A stretch of DNA of 64,000 nucleotides from Utricularia gibba (GCA_002189035.1 CM007991.1:2604001-2668000), one strand, 5' to 3'; positions 37,696 to 49,847 are shown, numbered from the stretch's first letter. Notes: generated by a model from the letters alone, not told the origin. Numbers and translations are program-made.

Positions 37696-37822
37696 AAAAC
37701 GACGTGGCGTCTTCGTCTCCAAGAAAAGAAAAGTTGACCGCTGTGTCGTTATGGTGGCCCAAATTGAAGAAAGGAGAGCGAAAAATGCGTGGGATTCAGA
37801 GGAGGATCACGTCGGGCGAACG

Positions 37823-39246
37823 ATGGAGCTGCTCTATCTTCTTTGTTCCATCGTTTCAACGGCTCTGACTTCCGCACTGCTCTCACTCACTCTTCATCTC
37901 CGCTACTTGCTCCGCCGGTTCTCCGCCAGCAATGACGTTGTTGAAACCGATAACTCTATCTCAGTGTACCAAGGAACCGTTTGGCATGAGCGCCGGCACC
38001 CGGTACGGCACTCATTCCGGTACCCAGTGCGTTACGCCCTCTTCGATCTCGACGGCGCGGCAGGCTTGAAGTCTGGGCATCTATCTGCTGACGACTGTCG
38101 TCGCGTGTGTGGAACAAGTGGGCCTGTGTAAGCTCTACTTTTTAGTCGGAACTTATCGTCTTAAGAACTGGAAATCATGTACTTAGTTGATGAACTTGCC
38201 TACTTGATCTATGAATTCATAGAACTCAATGAGTTCAAAACTTAATCTAGATCGGAATGGGTTAGATTCGTGATCGGGTGATTATGAATTTGAGATGATA
38301 CCTTAATTATTTGTGTTGCAAGGCCAGACTATTGTTGACAATACCTCAGAGCGTTGGTTATCAACAAAATCCATTGAGCTTGTACTACTGCTATGACGTT
38401 GAGGGATCCACCAGGTGTCTGAGAAAATGCATAGCTGAGGTGAGTTGTTCAGGGATATCTTTATTATATATCCTGAAAAATTCGTCGGTTCCTTGATGTG
38501 TAGTCTCTGGTGTTCTTTCAGGTCACTAACACCCTTGGGGTGAAAGAGTAGTATTTGTTTTCAATCCAAATTCTGATTTAGTCGCAAAGCCTCTTCATGT
38601 CAGCCCTTTCATGGCAAGTCTCTCTTCTGTGGTCTCTAGAACCCTCCTCATTTTCATTATGTATTTTTTCTTGAGAAGAATTATTGCCAATGCTGCCGCA
38701 GGATATGCAAGGAGATTGGAGCATAAAAACCACGGACCCCGATGATAGTCTACATGTAGTGATATCGGTATTACACCCCACATACGGAAGCTTCTTCACG
38801 GCTTCATTGACTGCCAAAAGAGTCGAGTCATTAGCAACCAAGGATCACTCCATGTTCTTCTGGTTGATGCCTCATAAAGTTGCTTTGTGGATATATTGGC
38901 ATGTAAGCACCCCTGACCATAAGAGATGCCACATGAACTAACTAGCACATCTTCGCTTTTGCAGACTGAACCTTGAACACTGAACCATATGCTGTTTTAG
39001 TCTTACTGTTTCTTTCAAAATGCAGTACGGTTGTCTTTCTTATATGGCTATTCTTGATTCCAGGCCCTTAAACTTTGGTGGAAGAAAGTTCCATTTGTTT
39101 CACATCCAAGATACGAGTACCCAACTTACAGAGAAGATGCCCGACTTCACGATGAGAATCTCCAATTACAGAGATGCACACCGGACGCCGGAACGATCTG
39201 CCAGCGTAGCTTCACATGGAAAGATGCAGAGTGGCCCTGGCGTTGA
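37823..39246 (+). CDS. DUF1365 family protein, 4 exons; apparent 1-nt deletion at 38532-38534
   Basis: YQGTVWHERRHPVRHSFRYPVRYALFDLD, LLTIPQSVGYQQNPLSLYYCYD, IAEVTNT(PWGERV), IYWH|ALKLWWKKVPFVSHP. Confidence 0.88.
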
Positions 39247-40623
39247 GCTCCCATCGCTCAACAAAACACTATTCATTGCAAGTCCCACTACCTACCTGCG
39301 CTCTTCTCACCATTCAGCGGTTGGCCCGACCCGCATTAACAACCTCATCACTCTGTTGGGACAGCCCTCATGTGAAAAAGGTACCTTCCTTTGGAATAAA
39401 GTTCAAAATCAGCTACATATCTGTGTCATTTGCCCATTGGATGATATGATTTTCCTGCTGCAACTGAAAGTTTTAGGTGAATGGGATTCTTTCACGTGCC
39501 CCTACAACTCCTTCTCACATGTGACCTAAAAGAAGAGGCTCCTGCCTAAAACACCGATGCCCCTTTTGATCTGTGTATTTATGGGAAACCGAATCCGTTG
39601 TTCCTCCCCACCCCATTCCATTAGTCTCGTGATGGAATTCAATTCCCAGCCCAGACATGATGTGGTGGGGTTCTCTTTCGCCTCCACCCATCCCTCCTTC
39701 CAGGAGCTGTCGTGTGTGTACACAGTGCCTGTTTGTTCAATCCCGTTGAAAGTTAAACCCGCAAGTACCCTGTACCTTATTTGATGAGTCATCGCCAATC
39801 AAAGTTGAGAATTTGACTTTGGGAAAGAAAGGAAAAAGGTGGTGGGTTGCGTTGCTTTCCTGCCTGCCGGATGGTGCTGTGGTGGAATCCGTACAAAAAC
39901 TCGCACTTGCAAAGTCAGGCTTTTTGAAGTATTCAACGACCAATCACATTCGCCATTGAATTGAAATTTTAGAAAAATCATCAAAATTTGAGGAAAATTT
40001 CCAGAAATTTTAAAAATTAATATGATGTATTTTAAAGTATGATTTTCATTTACGTGACGTCGAAAACTCAAAATTGAATTTTAATGAAATTTATGCTTCA
40101 AAACTCTTCCATAAAATCACTATACTAACATACATTTTGGGTTTTTTTATCATTAAATATATATTTTTTTTCTTTTGTACACAATAAAAATAGTTATAAA
40201 TATGTAGTTTAAATGTCAAATTTGAATAATATCTATTGCATATGATTATTCAAACCCATTAATAGATAAATCTGATATTATCTCTAGTTCATAACCAATT
40301 CAAGTAAATTATATGATGAACATTCGACTTGTCTGAACTGCATTGATATAACTTCATAGTCATTTTGATTTTTAGTGATGTTACTTGTGTACAAAATTGT
40401 GGTCATATTTATATCACCTCATGCCGGTGTCAATGTTAGTACAACCTTGTACTTCAATATTCTTTCAAATGATTCTGAAAAGTTGTCCATCTTCTTGCAT
40501 TTGATCAAGGAGCCATAAATTAATTTAAATTCTGTGTGTGAGGACGAGGGAAATTCAATTAAATGCATTTTGATTATTCATCCTTTTTTTAGGCGCCGTT
40601 GGATCAGCGTAGCATTTCAATCC

Positions 40624-40826
40624 CCGCGTGGGAAAACTCAATAAAGTGCATTCTAGCAATTACTTTTAACATATTATTATTCATTTTAAGGGAGACCACA
40701 CCGCTCATGTAAAACGTGCCGGAAATGAATTCCGTCACATTTTTATATTTTCACGTTCCATTTTCTTCTATTGCCGTGTTGGTCGGCCACCCGCTCCCCG
40801 CTCTCATCTTTTCGTGTATATAAAAG
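40624..40826 (+). promoter_or_regulatory. JAZ8 promoter: CGCG box, two T/G-boxes and TATA
   Basis: CCGCGTG at 40624, AACGTG at 40713, CACGTT at 40752 and TATATAAAAG at 40817. Confidence 0.55.
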
Positions 40827-40880
40827 TCCTCGCCATTTCCCCCTCCGTCGAAGTTGATATGCTGTTGCCCTTCAATAGAT

Positions 40881-41329
40881 ATGAAGAGAAACTGCAGTTT
40901 GGAGCTCCGTCTCGTCACGCCGCCGCCCGTCTCCGCCACGTACTGATTCTCTCCTCTCCACCTATTTTTTTCTCCCACTGATTTAGGATTTTGATCCCTT
41001 TTGTTTCGATTGGTCCTTGTAGATTTGATATGGTCGGCGAGAATCCGAGAAGTGACGAGAGGATAATGACCATCTTCTACAATGGAACGGTTGCGGTCTG
41101 CGACATGACCGAGTTCCAGGCTAGAGCTATCCTCTTGTTGGCGACTCAGGCGAAGGATGAGAAGCGAGTTACGACACCGACGCTGTTGTCCCCTGGTCTT
41201 AAATCGTCGGCGGCGGAGGTGGCCGGACTTTCTATGAAGAGATCTCTGAAGAGGTTTCTTCAGAAGAGGAAAGCTAGAGCAGAGGGTGTTGCTCCTTACT
41301 CTACCCAACATCGAAATGGAGATTGTTAG
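40881..41329 (+). CDS. JAZ8: JAZ7/JAZ8-type (TIFY5) jasmonate repressor, 2 exons
   Basis: Exon 1 40881-40939 gives MKRNCSLELRL (EAR). Exon 2 from 41023 has MTIFYNG (TIFY) and the degenerate Jas motif SMKRSLKRFLQKRKAR. Confidence 0.9.
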
Positions 41330-41589
41330 GCATGCGAGACATGTGCATTTTATTATAAGATATGTTGCAGTCGTGTTCGTTCCTCTGTGGAGCTATGTAT
41401 GGAATGGAATGACTGCCTAGTTTATTCCGATTGTTCTGTAATTCTAGAGAATCTAATGATCCTGTGAACAAACAGGCGATATAGAGGCAGATGGCTAGAA
41501 AACCTTGACGAAGGTTTCTTGTAGCCATCGCTCTGTTCATTACATACTGATCTGCAAGCATGGGGTGAAAGTCTTATAGCCTTTACATC

Positions 41590-42500
41590 CGTCATCATGG
41601 CGGCAGGTGGCTTCTCCGATTGATCGGCAGCCACTCAGCGCCATTGCTTGCTCGAATTGGTAGCGCATCTGCAAAAGAATAGTCCTCCCACTCTGGACCT
41701 TGCAAAAACCAGTCCCCTTTAGAAAAAGTTTAAAACTTTGCGTTGGTATAAAATGAGTTGTGCGTAGAAGTTACATATACACCAGATTCTCATAGTGCCA
41801 AGGCCTTATAGGCATCGGTCCCGCGATCAAAACATGGGCTCGCCCTCCTGCTATGGATTTGCTGCGAGGTATGGCCTGTAGTAACAACCTGTTCAAGAGA
41901 GGTTATCGTTGGTGGCACAGAATCGGGATGTTTGGCTCCATGGTTCGATACATGCTGCTCCAGTTTCCATTGTCAGAACTGCTGCATAGCTCTGAGGAAA
42001 GATAGACAAAAGGAGGCCATTTACATGCTCAAAGGCACACCGAACCAAGCCCATGAATATTCATAAAAGAATAGTCACTCTGATTTGGTATCCCAGCAAA
42101 TCGATAATGGAAATGGGATGCCATCTTCTGCAGTAGCAGACGGGGGAGTAGTCATGATGGGCATCGATATGTTGAAGCCCAGAATACCTGTGGATACATC
42201 AATCATGCTCAAGAAAGCGAAAATTATACAAAAAAAAAACGGAGGCATTTTTCTATCGAAAGATTGCATTTTTATGAATGTGAATATTGCGTTTTTATCA
42301 ACCTTTTTGTATTGTAATGACCGGAAATTGAATGCACTGGTATGTGCTGAATACGAAAAGGAGGTAAATCACAGGAAACAGATGACTGCAGGCGAGAGGA
42401 CAGAGGCAGCGCCTCGTCTTCTTTCATGTCAAAAGGCTGAGGTCTGCGTCAAAGCAATAAAGGGTAAGGGGGCCACTGAACCCAGAACATGGATGTTGCT
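41590..42500 (-). pseudogene. GOX: Glycolate oxidase (FMN-dependent alpha-hydroxy acid oxidase) pseudogene; boundaries approximate
   Basis: Ordered fragments: SMIDVSTGILGFNISMPIM (about 42150-42210), SNHGAKHPDSVPPTITSLEQVV (near 41948), RGTDAYKALAL*ESGVY (TGA at 41792-41790) and LQMRYQFEQAMALSGCRSIGE (about 41610-41675). Also shows frameshifts and a large internal deletion. Confidence 0.88.
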
Positions 42501-42730
42501 CTGAAAAACAAGAGATTCCTAACAGAGCAAAAATCTCTGATGGGACCTCACTCATGCCCTTATCACCCCCACATATCGGCATACATCTTTTCTCGAGGCT
42601 TCATTCTACGCATGTGAAGCCTACCCTTTTAATCTTCTTCATCTTAATGGAACAAATCTGTGAACCCCATGAACGGGTTTTGTACTAAAATGTGGATTGA
42701 AGAAGACAATGATTGGTTTAGTTAGACGAT

Positions 42731-44106
42731 TCAGTAGCAGATTACCAACAGGTAAAAGAAAAAAAGAAGGGGAAAAGGTGCTGGTCTTTCTGCAGCACCA
42801 TGTTGCTCTGTGCTTCCTGTAAAGGCCTTCGGCTTCACGTTGCTGTCACTCTCTGCACTATGATTGCTTTCCGCCCCGGTTCTGTTGCTGGGATTCAAGC
42901 ATTTGGGAATCTGAAATGACTCTGGTTCACGTTCTTGATTGGCGCATAAACCGCTGTTTTCTCTGATATCAAGCCTTTCTCCGAGACGATTAAGGAAATC
43001 CGGTGGAAATGACAGCTCCCCTGTGAGTTGGTTTCTGCTCAAATTGAGTGTATTCAAGTTTTGTAACCTTCCGATTTCCGATGGAACGTCGCCGGTTAGC
43101 ATGTTGTTGTCGAGGGAAAGGGCTGTTAGGTTGGTTAAGCCTGAAAAGGTGGCCGGAATCTGGCCGGTGAGATGGCAGTTGGAGAAACTCGCTACTCTCA
43201 GCCGCGAGAGGGAGCCTAGGAAAGAAGGGAGGCTCGTGTTTAATGGGTTATCCTCCATGATCAGATACTGTAATTGGTGCATAGATGAGAAATTTTCAGG
43301 GATTGGCCCAATGAGCGAATTATGACTCAAATCCAACAAAGTAAGCTTCGCCAATCTTCCGAAATCCTGTGGAAGTTCTCCTTGGAGTTTGTTGAAGCTC
43401 AAATCAATCTTTTCAATATACTGCATATCTCCGACTGCCGCCGGAACTGAATTTCCTAGGAAATTCCAGCTTAAATCAAGGATACCCAGATTTTTCAGAC
43501 TCCCGATTTCTTCAGGGATTCTCCCAGACAGCTTGTTGTGGCTGAGATCAAGCTGCTGGACGCTAAACATCTTGCCGATTTCCGGTGGGATCTCGCCGGA
43601 CAGGTTGTTCTGCGACATACAGAAGATTTTAAGCTTCTCCATAAGTGAGATCGTGGAGGGATTTCTCCAGCGAGCCCAGGGTTCGATACCAGAACTAAAG
43701 TTTCCAAGGAAGTCATGGATTCAAACACATTGCTGCTCAAATGAAACGGAGAAACTGTGAAGCAGCTGACCAGAGAAAGGGTTTTGAGATACGGCAAACT
43801 GCGAAGAGACGCAGACAACGTAGAGGCGTTTTTACAAGGTGGGTCGACAATGTCGGGCCCGACATGAATCTTGGTAACATGAAACACCGATGTTCCTTCT
43901 AGAAGCTCACACTCAATCCCCGGCCACGGAGTTTCGGAGCAAGGAGAAGGATGAGTCTCAGCCCAGGATGAATCTTCCAGAAGAGAACTCATAACTTGAA
44001 AAAGCCCCAACAACTCCCCATCCTCCATATCCCCCTCGCCGGAGCAGAAAAAGACACCATTTCCGGCCAACAAAACAACAACAAGAATAAAAACCTTAGA
44101 ACCCAT
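42731..44106 (-). CDS. LRR receptor-like protein (PII-2/RLP29-like), intronless; apparent 1-nt deletion at 43658-43660
   Basis: Signal peptide, PCSETPWPGIEC, PPCKNAS, about 10 plant LRRs and a hydrophobic C-terminus. The two ORFs join as GEIPSTISLMEKL with one extra base. Confidence 0.88.
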
Positions 44107-44679
44107 ACGGGAGGAGAACGGAAACCAACACCTCAGAGAAAAGAAAACAACCTTGGCCTATGCCCTTCGACATTCTCAATACTAGAGTACATTCGCTCAA
44201 AGATATGCGAAAATGGGGCAGCTTTATTTCTGGGAGAACAAATTAGAACAGAGAATCTCATCTCCATTTATGGGAATCTGAGTGGCAAGTAAATGGAGCT
44301 GCGTATAAAAGGATCATGCATTTGGAGGGGACAGTTACCTTAAAAGGGAATTGAAATTTCATCAACAGTCAAAACCTGATCAATTAAAAGTTTTGTTGCA
44401 ATTCGATGGGACAAGCCACTGATCTCTGCAGTTTCCCGGAAACCGACGTCGCTCCGATCCGACGGCCCCCCTCCCCCTTCCTTTTTCCCTTTCATCAATG
44501 AGCTTTATCCATCGGTTCCCTTCTCGCGCCGGCCGATTCCCTTAATCCCGAGGACACTTCCGAAAAATCAGAACTAAAGATGGCCCAATCAGTCATAGCC
44601 ACGTCGCCTCCCATTTTAACGTTTAATTTTAAAAATCATATTTTATTTAATTAGTGGGACCCATTTAGGCCCGTCTGAA

Positions 44680-44781
44680 TAGGGTTTAGAACCCACCATT
44701 TGAATAGGAGTAGAAGAACCCACGGAAAATTGGGCCAGTCCATGGCCCAGAAATGATTTGCTATAAAGAGACGTTGGCCCA
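44680..44781 (+). promoter_or_regulatory. Telo-box plus site II cluster upstream of the F-box pseudogene
   Basis: TAGGGTTT at 44680, TGGGCC at 44731, GGCCCA at 44744 and 44776. Confidence 0.55.
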
Positions 44782-44975
44782 CGAGGTTGCTCGCTCCACA
44801 AAAAAATAATATTAATTTGTAAAATACATAAATATTTGCAAATATTTTTTCAAACCTAGTGCCACATTTGTTCGTTGCAGAATGTAGAAGTTTGTGAGTT
44901 GGGAACTCCTGCTTCGTTCATCTGCTGCGGTGCAGGGGGAGTTTAGGGGAAAATCAGGGTCAATTGAGGGAAGTT

Positions 44976-45973
44976 ATGGTTTCGATTCGGCCAGATTTGG
45001 GGGTCAGAGTGCGCCCACTGCCTGTTGACCATCTCCATCGGCCTCCTGATTCCTTGATAGTTTTGGTTTTCAACAAAATTCGCGATGTCAAATCCTTGGC
45101 CCAAGAGATTCAATTCTCCAGTCCTCCAAATCGATAAGGTTGTAGTGCAGATCGATTGCGTCATCTCTGGTGACGAATCCTTCGCCTTCGGCTGCCGGGA
45201 TTCAAAAGCCGATGTCTTCCTTTCTTCGGGCTATTCTTTTCTGTGGTCCTTAAACCCTGCAATCCATTTCTCAGCTTACTGCTCCTTCGCACTGTCGCCT
45301 GGTTCTTTATGAAGATTTAGATGATGAAAAGCCGGACAAAACAACGTGACCCACCACTCGCCGACGCAGGTGTTGTTAAACTTTCGCGAGATCCAAGTCC
45401 TGAGGATCGAACTTCCTGGAGGGGAATTATGGATTATCGATGATGGGGTTTTGTTGAAAGGGAAGGCTAATTTGGGCTGCGCGCTTGATAATTTCACTAT
45501 TCTTGGTGTTTCCAGTGTTGCTCACTACGTTGACAAGAACCACAAATGTTGGTGCACCGCAATTGCTGATGATGCCAACTATGTTACTGCCGCTGTAGCA
45601 GATAGCAGCATCGGGAAAGCACTGCCTGCTTCAACCTATAACAGCAGAGCATAAGAAATTGGAAAGTCTAGTTTTGAGTGATGTGGATGGGCAAGGAGTG
45701 AATATCCATGAAGAGACAGCAGCAACTGGAGGAGCTCACAGCCAAGCTGTTATCGGCATCAACAGCATCGAAGAGAACACTCATTCCTGCGATGGAATTG
45801 CCTAAGGGGATGGTTTTAAAAGGAGCAGCTTTGGTTGCAATCAGGCTAAGTAATCAGTGTAAGGAGGAGTCGGTGGGTTAGCAATCAATAGGGTTGCTTC
45901 TGCTTTTGAGGAGCAATTTCCCACTCGATTGTTTTCGACGGAAAGAACTTATTGTCTTGAAATGAACACTTGA
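44976..45973 (+). pseudogene. F-box protein pseudogene (At4g18380/At1g30200/At5g46170 family)
   Basis: PDSLIVLVFNKIRDVKSL, VVVQIDCVISGD, VTHHSPTQVLLNFREI..LRIELPGGEL, LLQPITAEHKKLESLVLSDVDGQG, ASKRTLIPA, RTYCLEMN. These fragments are spread over several frames, with stops and multi-base deletions. Confidence 0.88.
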
Positions 45974-47238
45974 AGTTGGGGTTTTTGGATGACCAGGGTA
46001 ATTTTTTTCCGTACTCCGATTTTGTTTCCAGATTTGTGAACATAGTTTCCATTGATCCAATTCATCCTAGCATCGAATTTCTCTTACTGCAAATTGTCCT
46101 GAATCTTAAGCAAAGATGATCATGATTATAGTTTCTCCATTCGGAGTAGTTGCATTTTTATTTCAATGCGTCCTGTTTCTCCTGGATTTAACTCTGCTTG
46201 CGCACCAATGCCTAGTGTTTTTTGTGTATCCTACTGGTGCATATACTAGCAGCAATGCCAGTTTGATGCCGTATCTACGTATGACTCCCAAAAATCCAGC
46301 GATTGTAGATTTACTTTAGCCCAATCACAATGTCTTTACATTCGATTGTGTGATGCAGAGCTTGATCTTACACGTTGGGAAGCAATGAGCATGGGGAGAA
46401 TGCATGCTAAGGAGAGAAAACACTCAGGGAAAAAACACTGGATGTGACTGATTTTGAACAACCTTGGTTATTCTATTTTGCAAGCGCAGTGTGGTGTATT
46501 TTACGTTTCCTGATTCTTTTTAATGATGTGATTCCATTCAACTCGTACTCTGTATGGCATCAATTCTCAAAAACTTCTTCGCAAGAAGAATTTTTCAACC
46601 CTCCCTTCAAGATAGAATCTTGAAGAAAGTTGGCAGTTACAGAGGTTAATCAGCCAAGGAGTTGAAGAAATGCATGGGAAGTGTGTTGTGAAAGGAAAGC
46701 ACTACATTTTATGGTAGCGGAGATAATAAGCAAGCAACACAAGAAAAATGAGAATACAGATGGTGTTTCTGAGTTAAGATACAACAGCGGGCAACAAGAA
46801 CCTAATGATACATAGTTCCCAATTAACACTGAAGACGGCTCTCTGCTCAGCAACCAACATATGGTCTACCTGCAAAACCATGGCCAGCATTCCTCTTACA
46901 ATTAAAATGAATCCTAAAGCTTGGATGAGCAGAAAGTGCATAATATTGAATTGAAGGCGGCAAGAGAAGTGAAAACAGTTTGAATGAAGTGCCCATCTTT
47001 CAATGAGGAGCAGGATGCTGGTTTGTGTTAAACAGGAAAATGATTCATCAGAATAGAATCCACAGACAAAATGCTGTTGTTGTCTCAGAAAAAAAGAAAG
47101 GCTAGAGTACGTGTGGGAATGAAGCATGTAAATGGGACAGACAGCAAGTGGAGAGGAATTATGAAACGAATCAAAACAAGAAGAGATTTTTGAGAATTAC
47201 CAGAATGAGGAAATGGTTTCAGAAACTTTGGAAAGATT

Positions 47239-48372
47239 TCAGTTCTTTCCTCTTAGTTTCTGGTTGCCCTTATTGCTGTAGCAGAGTTCCTGGCGGCCTT
47301 CGTATCCAGCTAAAAACTGGTGATTGTGGTCGTCGGCGCCGATGAAGAAGCTCGGCGGAGATCCGTCGGGAAACCTCTGGATTGGAGGCAACATTGACGG
47401 CGAAGAAGAATTGGACTGAAGGGTCCCCCTGTTGAAGCCAGCGAAGCCAGAAGATGAAGAGACTGAAAAGCTCCCGTTCATAGAGTAGTCATGGCTTCCA
47501 CTGTTCATGGCGTGGACCAAGTTATCCGGCGCAAAGGAGAAGTGCTGCAGTTCTGATTGGTGGTGCTCAGCGACCGGCGACACACCGAATCCCGGAAAAT
47601 GATTTCCCGTTGACGGTACTTGGCTGGCGCGGGCGGTGGCAGGAGATAGAAGCCCAGAAGAGAAGTAGTCCATCGGAGTAGGAGAAGATTTCATGAAAAA
47701 ATACGACTCTCCGCCGTTGTGTGTCGTTATTCCTGCGTTCAGAAGCTCGGTAAAGGAAGTGGTTTGAGATATAGGATTCAAAGATCCATTTCCCTTCTCC
47801 TTCTCCGCAACTCTGTCCCGAGTTTTCCTAGATCTAGATAGAGAAAGCCCAGAACCTTTACAAGTTTCAGAAATGGCGCTACATGAGGAGGACTTCATAG
47901 CCACATGCTGTGAAAAACTGGGATCGTCGCCGTCGTCCATCTCAACCTCCGGCGATTCAAACCCATGTTGATCGCCGCCGCCGCTATTCGACCGCTTCTC
48001 CTCACTCAGCTGCTTCCGAGAATCAGGGAAAAGAATGCTCATCGGCGGCAGCTCGTTGATGGAACTCGCCGCCGCCTTCAGCAACCACTCAACAGCCTTG
48101 CTCGGCTGGTCGTACCCTAAACGATCCTGCAAATCGTAGAATTGAATTGCTGTGTTTACCGACAGCCGCACACGGCGGTCCCTCAGCCCCTTCGATGTCA
48201 AGACTTTGCTGTGCCTATCTTTTCCCCCACACGCTCGAGAAACCCTTACAATCCTCGACGACGGCCAGCCGTAAAATCTACCCATCGCCGTGAAATCCAC
48301 ACCCCCGCCGTTGTCTACGCCTCTTTCGTTCTCTCCCTCCTCCTCTTCTTCCTGGTACTGCTCCTCCATCAT
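47239..48372 (-). CDS. TCP2: CIN-clade TCP transcription factor TCP2/TCP24-like, 377 aa
   Basis: [60 protein letters not shown], a shortened R-domain and the miR319 site GTLQSN. Confidence 0.93.
   Translation of the reverse strand: MMEEQYQEEEEEGENERGVDNGGGVDFTAMGRFYGWPSSRIVRVSRACGGKDRHSKVLTSKGLRDRRVRLSVNTAIQFYDLQDRLGYDQPSKAVEWLLKAAASSINELPPMSILFPDSRKQLSEEKRSNSGGGDQHGFESPEVEMDDGDDPSFSQHVAMKSSSCSAISETCKGSGLSLSRSRKTRDRVAEKEKGNGSLNPISQTTSFTELLNAGITTHNGGESYFFMKSSPTPMDYFSSGLLSPATARASQVPSTGNHFPGFGVSPVAEHHQSELQHFSFAPDNLVHAMNSGSHDYSMNGSFSVSSSSGFAGFNRGTLQSNSSSPSMLPPIQRFPDGSPPSFFIGADDHNHQFLAGYEGRQELCYSNKGNQKLRGKN
47411..47431 (-). promoter_or_regulatory. miR319 target site in the TCP2 mRNA
   Basis: The + strand reads TTGGACTGAAGGGTCCCCCTG. 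Its first 13 nt are identical to miR319 (UUGGACUGAAGGG...), so the minus-strand mRNA is complementary. Confidence 0.93.
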
Positions 48373-49847
48373 CTAATCTATCACCCCTTGTTCCAAAAAC
48401 TCAAAACCTTTATTCTTCTGCCGCCATTGTTCCGTCGCAAAAGGAACAGAAGAATACCAAATCGAATCCTCAAACCCAACAACACCCCCAGTCAGCTTCT
48501 ATGAAATAGTGAAATTAGGGTTCGTGTGAGAGAGAGGATGAAAGAAGAGCAAGAGTATCCGTGACCGTCCTTGGTCATTGATGGTGATCTCAGAGGGGAT
48601 TCTTTGGCTGCTTTTGTAGAGACATCTAGCTACAGAAACAGCTTCACTCTCCTCTCCTCTGCTCCATTGCCATACACACATACAATTACAGACAGAATCA
48701 CGTTGTTCAATGAAGTCAGAACAGAAACAGAACAGAACCGCGGGGAGAAGCTTTTTACAGTGGTTTTCAAAAGAAGAAACCGGAAAGACTGTGGTACTAC
48801 TACTTGCTCAGTCTTCAGGCTGCCTCTTCCATCGTCTCAGTTCTGCAAAACCCAGATCATAAAATCATCAACAGACTACAAACCAATATAAAAATTAGAA
48901 AAAAAAAACAACAACAGAATCATTCATTGTATCTAAACATCTTTCTTCATACAACTGATTATTTTTTTCTTCAGGCTGATGAAAAAACACAGATGAATTA
49001 AAGCCCGCATCTTTGAATGTGTCGCAGGCAGCGGTGTTAGATCCAGACCACATACAGAGCACCCAGAAAAAAAAAAAAACAAAAAGCGAAGGGCATCAGA
49101 TGCTGCTGAGTAACAACATCGACAACGAAAGCAAAATATGTTTTTCTTCAAACATTGATTAATTGACGAGAATTTCTATCTGGGGTTTGCGTTTTCTGAT
49201 CTCACATCACATCCACAAATGTTTATTACATGACTTTTTTCCCTTCAGACATGACAGTGACTTGCTGTGGCGGAGAGGAAGGAAGAAGATGGAAGATATT
49301 CGGGCATTAAAGAGTTCGCTGGCGTAGCACAATTAATCGTGTTTCCATTCCCATCCCGACCAATACCAACCACTACAAAAATAATATCCACAAAAGAATA
49401 ACATATTATTACATAGTTTTAATTTAATTTAACCATTATTTTAAAAATATTATTATATTTTTTATAAAAATATTGCTGACCTAACTAATATAATATGATT
49501 AAAATATTTATCCATCGATTTAGTATTTAATACTTAATTACGCTGCTATAAGTCATGTGTTTTTGTGGAGAACCGACACAAGGCTGCTGCTTTTAACGGC
49601 CCAAGATAGTGGCCCATTTAACGGCGGCAGCCCATGTACTTAGGCCCGTCATTTCCTTCAGCTTGGCTTCTCTTTTTCCCTCGACACCGGACAGCGGCCG
49701 GCGGCGGTGGCGGCGACGACTTCGAACGGTAAGTACTAGTTTTCTTTTTTGGGCTGATGGAATTAGTTTTCGGGAGACGTAGGGTTTTTTCTCTGTTCTT
49801 TGGTTGATTAGCCGGGGAAGCCTTTTTGTTCAGGGAGTGATCGTGGT

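Noticed and set aside
39526-40071. Short ORFs downstream of DUF1365
   Set aside because: I could not match them to any family or build a splice model; they may be 3' UTR or intergenic DNA.
46100-47150. 1 kb region with small ORFs between the F-box relic and TCP2
   Set aside because: I found no protein or miRNA hairpin match; it is probably the TCP2 3' UTR, a UTR intron or intergenic DNA.
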